Origin: Chiloscyllium plagiosum
Lineage: Eukaryota
Length of the DNA: 20,000 nt
Assembly: GCF_004010195.1 (NCBI RefSeq)
Contig: NC_057753.1
Location: 9,479,388 to 9,499,387, forward strand
Direction: 5' to 3'
The notes below the pieces were generated by a model. It was not told the origin of the DNA. It saw nothing but the letters and a program-made list of their open reading frames with translations, and ran no database searches. Shown piece by piece: positions 9,573 to 19,824 of this stretch. The number at the start of each line of letters is the position of its first letter. The stretch's first letter is position 1. The translations under genes and the position numbers were made by a program.

Positions 9573-11217
9573 AACCTGTTAAAACCATTCCTGTCCCTAC
9601 TCTACCGATGTCTCTAAAATGGCCATAACATTGAAATCCCAGGTATCAAACTATGCTGCAAGTTCACCCACCTTATTCCAGATGCTCCTGACGTTGACAT
9701 AGACACATTTCAAACCAATTTCTTGCCTGCCGCTGCCTTATCATAATCTTGAAGTCTTAGTTCTGACTTCACTCCTCTCATTCTCCCGTATACTCAAACT
9801 ACAATTTTGGTTCCCATTCCCCTGCTGAATTAGTTTAAACCCAGCCAAAGAGCATTAGCAAATATTCCCCCATCATCCCAGGATATTGGTGCCCCTCAGG
9901 TTCAGATGAAGACCATCCTGTTTGTCAAGGTCCCACCTACTCCAGAAAGAGCCCCAATTATCCAGGAATCCAAAACCCTCCCTCCTGCACCATCCCTGTA
10001 GCCATGTGTTCAACTCTTCTCTCCCTGTTCCTCACTTTGCTGGCATGTGGCATGGGCAACAAACCAGAGATAAAAACTGTTTGTTTGAGCTCTAAGCTTC
10101 AAGCCTAAGCTCCCTGAATTTCTGCTTTAAGTCCCCATCTCTCTACCTACCTATGAAGTTGATGTCTATGTGGACCACAACTTGTGCTGCTCCCCCTCAA
10201 GGATCCTGAAAAACATGATCAGAGACATCACAAACCCTGGCACCTGGGAGGCAACACACCAACCATGTGTCTCTCCCGTTCCCACAGAACCTCCTATCTG
10301 TCCACCTAACTATGAAGTCCCCAGTGACTAATGCTCTGCTCCTCTTCTCTTCTCTTCTGAGCAACAGGAACAGACTCTATGCCAGAGAGCTGTGCCCCAT
10401 AACTTACTAGGGTAAGCAATCTCCCCCAACAGTATCCAAACAGTATACATTGTTGTTCAGGGGAACGGCCACAGGCGATCCCTGCACTGCCTGCTGGTTC
10501 CCTTTCTGTCCCCTAACAGTAATCCATCTGCCACCTTCTTTTACCTGAGGTGTGACGACCTCCCTGTAACTCCTCTCAATGATCAGAAGTTCATCCAGCT
10601 CCAGCTCCAGTTCCACTTCCCCAACACAGTTTTCGAGGAGCTGGAGAAGGGTTCACGTCCCCCAGATGCTGTCAACAGGGACACTACTGGTGACCCTTAC
10701 CTACCACATTCTGCAGGAGGAACATTCAACTGCCCTCACCTCCATTCCCACTGTTCTAAATCATCAACAAGACTACTGAAATACTAAAGAAAAAGATACC
10801 AGTCACCTTACCAATTGGCACACAGAACCTTTGTTTTTGATTGGAAGAGGACTATGGGTGGGAGATACTACCCGAGTAGTGTCACTTACACTTCAGCAGG
10901 GGGATGGGAACCAAAATTGTAGTTTGAGTATACGGGAGAATGAGAGTAGTAAAGTCAGAACTAAGATTTCAAGATTGTGATAAGGCAGTGGTAGGCAAGC
11001 CTCACTTACCCAGCAGTCCTGTGTCTGCTCCTGCTCAGTGTGCGCTCCACCTATACACAAGGCAAACCTTTTTATCTTTTAAAATTTAACTTGCCGTCAG
11101 GCCTCTGGTACTTGCTGTCACTCCTCCCACTCCAACTGCCACCAAAAGCAAAAAAACTGAAGAACGCTAAACTCCCGAAGTAAGCTTTTATATCTTTTTA
11201 AATTTACCTTCCTGTCA

Positions 11218-11396
11218 TGGAGACCAAGTCATTGAGGGCATTTGAGACAGAGATATGTTCTTGATTAGTAAGGGGATCAAGGGTTAGGAAGAGAAGGCAG
11301 CAGAATGGGGTTAAGAAACATATCAGTCACAATTGACTGGTGGAGCAGACTCGATGGGCCAAATGGTCTCATTCTGCTCCTGTGTATTACGGTCTG
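11218..11396 (+). mobile_element. 3' end of a second CR1-clade LINE family
   Basis: ggagcagactcgatgggccaaatggtctcattctgctcc terminal hairpin; related fragment at 2675-2725. Confidence 0.6.
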
Positions 11397-11449
11397 AAAA
11401 CTGGCAGATTACTGAAGTGGTTTTCACAAACAATTTCAGAGTCCTGAAA

Positions 11450-13927
11450 AAGAGTCATAGAGTCACAAATGTACAACACAGAAACACACCCTTCAGTCCA
11501 ACTCAACCATGACAAACAGTTATCCTGACCTAATCTGGTCCCATTTGCCTGGCCATAGCCCTCTAAACCCTTCCGATTCATGTGCCCATCCAGATGCCTT
11601 TTAAATGCTGTAATTTTATCAGCCTCCACCACTTCCTCTGGCAGCTTATTCCACACACACACACCACCCTCTGCGTGAAATAGTTGCCCCTGAGGTACCT
11701 TTTAAATCTTCTCCCTCACCCTAAACTTACTCCCTCTATTTCTGGACTCCCCGACCCCAGGGAAAAGACTTTGTCTATTTATCCTATCCATGCCCCTCGT
11801 GATTTTGTAAACCTCCCTAAGGTCACCCTCCGCCTCTGATGCTCCCAGGATAACAGCCCCAGTCTATTCAGCCTCTCCCTTTTGCACAAATCCTCCGACG
11901 CTGGCAACATCCTTGTAAATCTTTTCTGAATCCTTTCAAATTTCACAACATCCTTTCGATAGGAAGGAGACCAGAATTGCACGCAACATTCCAAAAGTGG
12001 CCTAACCAATGTCCTGTACAGCCACAACATGACTTCCCAACTCCTATACTCGATGCTCTGACCAATAAAGGAAAACATACCAAATACCTTCCTCACTATC
12101 CTTTCGACCTGTGACTCCACTTTTAACTAACTATGAACCTGCACTCCAATGTCTCTGTTAAGCAACACTCCCTAGGACCTTACCATTAAGTGTATAAGTC
12201 CTGCTTGGATTTGTTTTTCCAAAATGCAGCACCTCACATTTATCTGAATTAAACTCCATCTGCCACTCCTCAGCCCATTGACCCACCTGATTACCTGTTG
12301 TAATCTGAGGTAACCTTCTTCCCTGTCCACTGCACCTCCAATTTTGGTGTCATCTGCAAATTTACTAACTATACCTTTTATGCTCAGATTGAAATCATTT
12401 ATATATGACAAAAAAGTAGTGGACCCAGCACTGATCCTTGTGGCACTCCACTGGTCAAAGGTGTCCAGTCTGAAAAACAACCCTCCACTACCACCCTCTG
12501 TCTTCTACCTTAGAACCAGTTCTGTATCCAAATGGCTAGTTCTCTCTGTATTTCATGAGATCTAACCTTGCTAACTGTGTCCCACGGAGAACCTTGTCGA
12601 ACACCTTACTGAAGTCCATATAGATCACGTCCACCGCTCTGCTCTCAATGCTCTTTGTTACTTTTTCAAGAAACTCAGTGTTGAGAGTTTGGTGCTGGAA
12701 AAGTACTGCAGGTCAGGCCACATCCGAGGAGCTGGAGAATCAATGTTTCAGGCTTCAGCCCTTCATCAGGAATAAGAATGAAGTGCATATGCCCAAAACG
12801 TTGATTCTCCTGCTCCTCGGATGCAGCTTGATCTGCTGTGCTTTTCCAGTACCACTCTAATCTAGACTCTGACCTCCAGCATCTGCAGTCCTCACTTCCT
12901 CCTTTCAAAACCCGCAATCAAATTGATGAGACATAACATGATTTCCCACGCACAAAGCCATGCTGACTATCTCTAATCAATCCTTGCCTGTCCAAATATG
13001 TATAAATCCTGTCCCTCAGGATACCCTCCAAAAACTTGCCCACCGATGTCAGGCTCACCGATCTATAGTTCCCTGGCAATTCCTTACACCTTTCTTCAGT
13101 AGTGGTACCACGTTAACCAACCTCCAGTCTTCCGGCATCCCTCCTGTGACTATCAATGATACAAATATCTCAGCAAGGGGCCCAGCAATCACTTCCCTAG
13201 CTTCCCACAGTGTTAGGGTACCCCTGATCAGGTCCTGGGGATTTATCCATCTTTACCTGTTTCAAGACATCCAGCACCTGCTCCTCTATAATAAGGAAAT
13301 CTTTCAAGATGTCACCATCTATTTCCCCACATTCTACAGTATATTTTCCATGCCCTTCTCCACAGTAAACACTGATGCGAAATACTCGCTCAGTATCTCC
13401 CCCATCTCCTGTGGCTCCAAACAAAGGCAGAATTTCGAGGGGCCCTATTCTCTCCGTAGTTACCCTTTTGCCCTTAATGTATTTATAAAAGCCTTTTGGA
13501 TTCTCCATAACTCTATTTGCCAAAGCTATCTCATGTCCGCTTTTCACACTCCTGATTTCCCTCTTAAGTATGCTCCTACTGCCTTTATAGTACAGGGATT
13601 CACTCAATTTCTTTCATCTGTACTTTTTACATGCTTCCTTCTTTTTGTTAACCAAAACCTCAACTTCTCTAGTCATCCAGCATTCCCTAAACCTACCAGC
13701 CTTTCCTTTCACCCGAACAGGAATATACTGTCTCTGAACTCTCATTATCTAATTTTTGAAGGCTTCCATTTTCCAGCCATCCCTTTACCTGCGAACATCT
13801 GTTCCCAAGCAGCTTTCATAAAATTCTTGCCTAATACCATTAAACTTTCCTTGCTCCAATGTAAAACCTCAGCCTTTAGATCTGGCCTATCCTTTTCCAT
13901 CACTATTTTAAAACTAATAGAATTATG
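11450..13927 (-). mobile_element. CR1/HER1-type LINE ORF2 (reverse transcriptase) and 3' tail, frameshifted, running into the gap
   Basis: [24 protein letters not shown] (RT catalytic motif, ~12340-12410), LYRTLVRPLLECCVQFWSP, DKSPGPD, ENPKGFYKYIKGKR. Confidence 0.95.
12678..12900. mobile_element. Fold-back Penelope-derived element, family A, inside the LINE RT region
   Basis: Inverted arms ggtgctggaaaag ... cttttccagtacc; minus-strand core CTGATGA-agggc-tgaa-gcct-GAAA at ~12740-12772; degenerate duplication tttcaagaaactca / tttcaaaacccgca. Confidence 0.8.
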
Positions 13928-14427
13928 NNNNNNNNNNNNNNNNNNNNNNNNNNNNNNNNNNNNNNNNNNNNNNNNNNNNNNNNNNNNNNNNNNNNNNNNN
14001 NNNNNNNNNNNNNNNNNNNNNNNNNNNNNNNNNNNNNNNNNNNNNNNNNNNNNNNNNNNNNNNNNNNNNNNNNNNNNNNNNNNNNNNNNNNNNNNNNNNN
14101 NNNNNNNNNNNNNNNNNNNNNNNNNNNNNNNNNNNNNNNNNNNNNNNNNNNNNNNNNNNNNNNNNNNNNNNNNNNNNNNNNNNNNNNNNNNNNNNNNNNN
14201 NNNNNNNNNNNNNNNNNNNNNNNNNNNNNNNNNNNNNNNNNNNNNNNNNNNNNNNNNNNNNNNNNNNNNNNNNNNNNNNNNNNNNNNNNNNNNNNNNNNN
14301 NNNNNNNNNNNNNNNNNNNNNNNNNNNNNNNNNNNNNNNNNNNNNNNNNNNNNNNNNNNNNNNNNNNNNNNNNNNNNNNNNNNNNNNNNNNNNNNNNNNN
14401 NNNNNNNNNNNNNNNNNNNNNNNNNNN
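13928..14427. other. Assembly gap (500 N)
   Basis: Run of N; the round length suggests a placeholder size. Confidence 1.
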
Positions 14428-14830
14428 ATGGATAGGGTCAAGAAACAAGGACTTTTCTTTGGGATGGGGGCAGTCCAGAACTCAAGGTTAATATGTTTAG
14501 GGAGAGATGTAAAAGAGACCTCAGGGGCAAGTGTGTGGTGTGTGTATAGGATCAGCTGCCAGAGGAAGTGGTGGAGGATGGTACACTTACAACAGTTAAA
14601 GGGCATTTGGATGGCCATATGAGTACATAGAGATGTACAGCACAGAAACAGACCCTTCAGTCCAATTTGTTCATGCTGACCAGATAGCTAACCCAATTTA
14701 GTCCCACCTGCCAGCACATGGCCCACATAGGAGCCAAGTAATGGCGAATATGACTAGATTAATTTAGGATATCTGGTCAGCTTGGACAAGTTGGGCCAAA
14801 GGATCTGTTTCGGTACTGTACGATGCTAAT
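14428..14830 (+). mobile_element. CR1-type 3' end with an antisense CR1 tail nested at ~14625-14728
   Basis: Similarity to 9232-9572; the nested part matches the reverse complement of the same tail. Confidence 0.8.
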
Positions 14831-15335
14831 CGTTCTTCGATGAATGCAGAACTGTGGTTGTGAAGACTGAACTTTCACAGCAGATTTCAAGAATGTTTTG
14901 CCCTTACTGGGAGCAGAAGAGCTTGACTGAAGTGTGTCGGTGTTAATGCCTTGATGTTTCATTTTGCTCCCACCTTCCTGAGGACATTGACCATTTTGTG
15001 TCTGGTTGTTCCTCAAGACGCTGAATTGCCACACTTTGTTTTTTGCTTCCCAAAATCAGACCTGCTCACTCTCAGCAGTAGCCCAGTGTTGTGAAAGACA
15101 TTAACTTTCAGGTGGAGTTATCCAAAATTCAGAGAGATGTCAGTTTTGACGGTTTTGCTTTTCTGCCCCTGTAAGATCCTGAATTAGCATCTTCAGGAGA
15201 ATTAGTTAGAGCGGAGTGAGAACAGAGGGGGAGAGAGTTCTTTCAATTTTGTGGAATAAGAAAAGAAAAGAAGGTTCCGCAGAAAGTAGAATTGCTCGTT
15301 CTGAATTTCTACCCTGGACTGAGAGACTTGTGAAA

Positions 15336-15348
15336 TCTCTTTTTGCAG
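15336..15348 (+). promoter_or_regulatory. Candidate splice acceptor for the zinc-finger coding exon
   Basis: tctctttttgcag: pyrimidine tract plus CAG, ~400 nt upstream of the ATG. Not verified by transcript data. Confidence 0.45.
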
Positions 15349-15387
15349 AATATTTGAAGATCTGAAGACAGAAATTTCAAAATGAAC

Positions 15388-15510
15388 AGATGAAGGGCTT
15401 TGCCCGAAATATTGACTCTCCTGCTCATTGGATGCTGCCTGACCTGCTGTGCTTTTCCAGCGTTGCACTTTTCGATACTGACTCTCCAGTGTCTGCAGTT
15501 CTCACTTTCA
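15388..15510 (+). mobile_element. Single family A Penelope-like arm with altered hammerhead core
   Basis: cAGATGA-a-gggc-ttt-gccc-GAAA-tattgactctcctgctc...gatgctgcctgacctgctgtgcttttccagc. Confidence 0.75.
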
Positions 15511-15752
15511 CGTCAATGGCTGACAGTCACTCGATTCATCGGGAGCGCAATGGTTTTCAACTGATTCTGTGAGAAAGAGCAAAGCTTTTTGGTTCCTGTT
15601 TCAGTACATTTTCAGCGTCAGTGGGTCTGGATGAGAGACCCTACTGTTGCAGCGCACTGAGTTGGAGAGTGTAACAGCTGTACAGCCTGGCAAGAGGAAT
15701 TCACGGGAGGGAGGGCCTGTACACGCATTTGTGTGCAGCTGAGGCTTCGGCC

Positions 15753-16889
15753 ATGGCGAAACCCGAGGAATCCCGGCCAGTGGAGAAACCATGGAAGTGC
15801 GGTGACTGTGGGAAAGGCTTTTGTGCCCCATCTGCCCTGGAAACTCATCGGCGCAGCCACACTGGGGAGAGACCATTCTCCTGCCCCGTCTGCAGGAAGG
15901 GCTTCAGTAGTTCCTCTGCCGTGCTGACCCACCGGCGGGTCCACACGGGGGAGAGGCCCTTCAGCTGCCCTGAGTGTAGGAAGGGCTTCAGCAATTCCTC
16001 CTCCCTGCTGAGGCACCGGCGGGTCCACACAGGGGAGAGGCCCTTCAGCTGCCCCAAGTGCGGGAAGGCCTTCAGCGATTCCTCCACACTGCTGAAGCAC
16101 CAGCGGGTTCACACCAGGGAAAGGCCCTTCAGCTGCCCCGAGTGCGGGAAGTGTTTGACCCAGGCCTCTGACCTGCTGACCCACCAGCGGGTCCACACAG
16201 GGGAGAGACCCTTCACCTGCCCCGAGTGCAGGAAGGGCTTCAGCAATTCTTCTGACCTGCTGAAGCACCAGCGTGTCCATACGGGAGAGAGGCCCTTCAG
16301 CTGCCCCGAGTGCGGGAAGGCTTTCAGTGATTCCTCTGCCCTGCTGAGGCACCGACGGGTCCATACAGGGGAAAGGCCCTTCAGCTGCCCTGAGTGCGGG
16401 AAGGCTTTCAGCAATTCCTCTGACCTGCTGACCCACCGGCGGGTCCACACAGGGGAGAGGCCGTTCTCCTGCCCTGAGTGTGGGAAGGCATTCATCAATT
16501 CCTCCAACTTGCTGACCCACCGGTGGATCCACACCAGTGAGTGGCCCTTCAGCTGCGTCATATGCGGGAAGACCTTCAGGAATTCCTCCACCCTGCTGAG
16601 ACACCGGCTGGTCCACACAGGCGAGAGACCTTTCAGCTGCCCTGAGTGCGGGAAGGCCTTCAGCGATTCTTCCACCCTCCTGAGGCACCGGCGGGTCCAC
16701 ACGGGGGAGAGGCCGTTCCCCTGTGTCGACTGCGGGAAGGCCTTCAGCAACTCCTTCAACCTGCGGACCCACCGGCAGCTGCACACAGGGGAGAGGCCGT
16801 TCACGTGCTCTCAGTGCGGGAAGGGCTTCACCCGTGCCTTCCACCTACGGAGCCACCAGCGAGTGCATGTGCCATCACTCGGGGATTGA
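15753..16889 (+). CDS. Tandem C2H2 (Kruppel-type) zinc-finger protein, 378 aa, 13 fingers, no effector domain in this exon
   Basis: ATG in good Kozak context (gccATGG); 13 CxxC-x12-HxxxH units mostly joined by TGERP; all zinc ligands intact; in-frame TAA upstream at 15672-15674; TGA at 16887-16889. Confidence 0.93.
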   Translation: MAKPEESRPVEKPWKCGDCGKGFCAPSALETHRRSHTGERPFSCPVCRKGFSSSSAVLTHRRVHTGERPFSCPECRKGFSNSSSLLRHRRVHTGERPFSCPKCGKAFSDSSTLLKHQRVHTRERPFSCPECGKCLTQASDLLTHQRVHTGERPFTCPECRKGFSNSSDLLKHQRVHTGERPFSCPECGKAFSDSSALLRHRRVHTGERPFSCPECGKAFSNSSDLLTHRRVHTGERPFSCPECGKAFINSSNLLTHRWIHTSEWPFSCVICGKTFRNSSTLLRHRLVHTGERPFSCPECGKAFSDSSTLLRHRRVHTGERPFPCVDCGKAFSNSFNLRTHRQLHTGERPFTCSQCGKGFTRAFHLRSHQRVHVPSLGD

Positions 16890-17198
16890 AGGAGTGCCGT
16901 TATGAACTGGAAATTCCACCTCGTTCTGGGGATTCCTGTGTTTGAATCCCAATACAGCAGATGGCGGAATTGGAATTTGGTTAGAAATCTGGAGTTAGAA
17001 TCTAATTATGAAACTATTTTCACGGGGGGTGTGGATCCAATTACAAAGGGGTAACTCGGTGACCAATAGTAAAGAAAGTGAGGTTTGGGGGGGGGGGGTT
17101 AGGGAGTGTGCGCGCTTTAACCTTGATGTTTAAAAAGCAGCTACTTTTTCTATGCCTTTTCGCTGGGGGGATCTGAAGCTGTAACAAAGTTGGATCAC

Positions 17199-17204
17199 AA
17201 TAAA
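17199..17204 (+). terminator. Candidate polyadenylation signal of the zinc-finger gene
   Basis: AATAAA ~310 nt after the stop; ATTAAA at 17239-17244. Confidence 0.35.
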
Positions 17205-17477
17205 GGTTATCTCAACTTACCACCGGGCTCAGACTCTCATTAAAGGCTTTGTGCCCCAAGGGGTTTTGTTTTAAAGCTGGTCATTTCTTTCAGCCTCCAG
17301 CACTAAGTTTCCAATGTCACTTATCAGATGGAACAGTGAATGAATAGCTAGTATCGTTAGAAATTGTAAATTTTTCAGGAGTGCAAAGTGTGTTGTTTCC
17401 TTGGCATGCTAAAGTGTAACGGCAGCTCCGGAGATGTGCGCTGTGTTCACTAGAAACTGTGGAAGTTTCTAGTGTAT

Positions 17478-18150
17478 CGGACTTGGGTGGATAAAGTTAA
17501 AATCACACAACACCAGGTTATAGTCCAACTGGTTTATGTGGAAGCACTAACTTTCGGAATGCTGCTCCTTCATTGGGTAGCTGTGGAGCAGGATCATAAG
17601 ACACAGATTTATCGCAAAAGATCACAGTGTCATGAAACTGAGAGGATATATTGAACAAACCTAGATTGCTGTTAAGTCTTTAATCTTTTAGAGTGGGTTG
17701 CAGATTTTGGTTCATTAATATGTAAATCCCAGAACATCTTTTAAGTCACATTCTCGAGATCACTTAAGGTTTTATATACAAAAAAGTGACATCTCAGCTC
17801 AGACAATGCATTAAAGGTGTGTGGTTCAAGTCTCAGTATCCCAATCATGAATCAGACTGGTTCTATTTCCAAAGTAGGAATTTATAAAATAGCACATGGA
17901 TTGACTGCCTGCAGACTGTGTGCTTTTTGAAGAAAATTGAACGTATCTGCAAATATAATTCTGCCAATACAAATTATCTCCATAGAGTTATGTGTGTGTG
18001 TGTGTGCATGAGAGAATGTGGTTGTGTGCATGTGAGTTTGTGCGTGAGAGTGCACGTAAGAATGTGTGCATTCTTGGTAAATTGTGAGTGTAATGGAGTA
18101 TATGTGTGTTTGTGAGAGAGAGCATGTGTATGAGAGAGGTATGAATAAAC
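17478..18150 (-). mobile_element. Longer family B Penelope-like 3' region with decayed hammerhead and degenerate (TG)n
   Basis: 17478-17660 aligns to 255-450; decayed core at ~17545-17578; TG-rich tract 17990-18140. Confidence 0.65.
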
Positions 18151-18908
18151 GTGAGGGGTTATGTTTTGCTAAAAAAAGGAAGGGCAAGACTTGTACAGTT
18201 AACGGTAGTGCTTTGGGTCATATTGCAAAATAGAGAGACATGGGTGGGGGTGTGTTCAGGTACATATTCTTTGAAAGTTGCATCACTGGTAGACATGGTG
18301 GTTAAGGAGGCATTTAGCACCATTGCCTTCACTGTTCACACCATTGAGTATAGGAGTTGGGACATTATGTTAAGGTTGCACAGGAAGTTGGTGAGGCCAC
18401 TTTCTGGGTACTGAGTATGGTTCTGGTGGCCTTGTCAGAGGAAGAATTCTATTAGAGAGGGTTCGGTAAATATTTACCAGACGTTGCCAGGACTGGAGGG
18501 TTTGAGTTTGAAGGACAGGCTGGGACATTTTTCAATGGGTGACCTCATTGAGATTTATAAAATCATAAGGAGTGGAGGTAAGGAGATTAGCAAAGGCTCT
18601 TCCTTAGCATAGCGGAGCTTAAAACTTGGGGCATATTTCTTTAAGGTGAGAGGAGAGAGATTTAAGAGGAACCTGAGGTGCAATGTTTTGACAGTGTTGT
18701 TTGCATGCAGAATGAACTTGCTGAGGAAGTGGTAGATGCAGGTACAGTTGGAACATTTAAATGACAATTTGCATGGGTACATGAATAGAAAGGTTTAGAG
18801 GGATATGGGCCAAATGCAGGCAAGTGGGACCAGGTTAATTTAGGAATCCTGGTCTGCATGGACGTGTTGGAGCGAAGAGACTGTTTCTGTGCTGTATACC
18901 CCTATGAA
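18150..18908 (+). mobile_element. Old CR1-type LINE 3' portion
   Basis: SLKVASLVDMVVKEAFSTIAF...IEYRSWDIMLRLHRKLVRPL; tail ttggagcgaagagactgtttctgtgctgtat. Confidence 0.85.
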
Positions 18909-18992
18909 CCAGAAGTGATTTTATTGAAAGCAGTAGAATTCTGAAAGGGGCTTGACAGGACAGATGCAGATAAAATGCTCCTTTGTGGGAGG

Positions 18993-19225
18993 AGTCATGG
19001 AATGCCAACGATGTGGAAGCATGCCATTCAGCCCATGTATTCTAACTGGCCCTCCGAAGAGTATCCCACCCATAACCAGCTCCTTACTCTGTATTTCCCA
19101 TGGCTAACCCATCTCACGTGCACACCCCTGGGCACTATGGGTAATTTAGCATAGCCAATCCACCCTTACCTGCACATCCCTGGGCGCTATGGGTAATTTA
19201 GTACGGCCAATCCACCCTAACCCAT
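18993..19225 (-). mobile_element. HE1-like SINE 3' portion with ~52-bp tandem duplication
   Basis: ccctgggcactatgggtaatttagcatagccaatccaccct occurs twice (~19126-19166 and ~19177-19218). Confidence 0.75.
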
Positions 19226-19559
19226 ACCCTTATCTATAACTTATCTTCTCAAGAATGTAATTTAAATGCAGAGCTTTTCTAAGAAAATGTCTGGTTCAAC
19301 ATTTGGACGTAGAATCTCCACCTATTGTCTCTCAAAGGGATATTTCTGCGAATAAATAGGGCAACGTCTCTTCGAATTGTACATTCATTTAGGTAAGACT
19401 GCGTCACTTTGCATAGTGAGCTATCCCTATGAATGTGTTCACACCCCTTTGAAATTCTTTATTTGCAGAAATAGCCCTTTAAAATGTCCATGTCCCTTTA
19501 AAATGCACATTTCCCCATTGAGATATGACGATGTTTTATTATTATGTCGGAATATCTGT

Positions 19560-19824
19560 TTAAATTGAGCCGTGAGCTGTCCCAATGTAGACGGGGCTCC
19601 TGGAAACGTGGCAGTGTCCCCCCTGCAGCTGCAGAGCGAGACAGGAGAGTTTGTTTTTGTGAATGAGCAGTTGTAGCGCGAGGTGGCTGTTGCTTGGTGA
19701 CGGTGAGGCTCCCCCGGCCCCGCCCATCCCCCCCGTGCAGACGTCACGCGGGGGCGAAGGCGAAGGCGGTTGGGAGGAGAAGTCGCTCGAGCGAGGAAGC
19801 GGCGGGAGGGCGGCCGTTAGGAAA
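19560..19824 (+). promoter_or_regulatory. CpG-island promoter / 5' UTR of the QSOX gene
   Basis: Abrupt rise in GC and CpG; CCAAT 19582-19586; GC box ccccgccc 19718-19725; CRE-like gacgtca 19740-19746; YY1-like aaaatggcg over the ATG. Confidence 0.7.

Larger units (their letters stand above)
7580..11210 (-). mobile_element. 5' half of a decayed CR1/HER1-type LINE (5' UTR, ORF1, endonuclease region, start of RT) with three nested insertions
   Basis: ORF1-like VECSSCRMW (~10700-10730) and ELELELDELL...SPVAVPLNN (10407-10616); ORF2 linker ELRRARRGCEKSLADRIKENPKVFYSYI...LNENFSSVFT (8200-8532); RT-like DFSKV/AFSKV region at ~7585. 5' boundary uncertain. Confidence 0.85.

Noticed and set aside
12960..14618. 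Long ORFs of 181-491 aa
   Set aside because: They run through the N gap or are antisense to LINE ORF2.
15618..16844. 408-aa and 231-aa antisense ORFs
   Set aside because: Shadows of the GC-rich 84-bp zinc-finger repeat; no independent domain signal.
15795..16870. Regular repeats as a CRISPR-like array
   Set aside because: 84-bp period equals 28-codon C2H2 fingers; no repeat-spacer structure; eukaryotic context.
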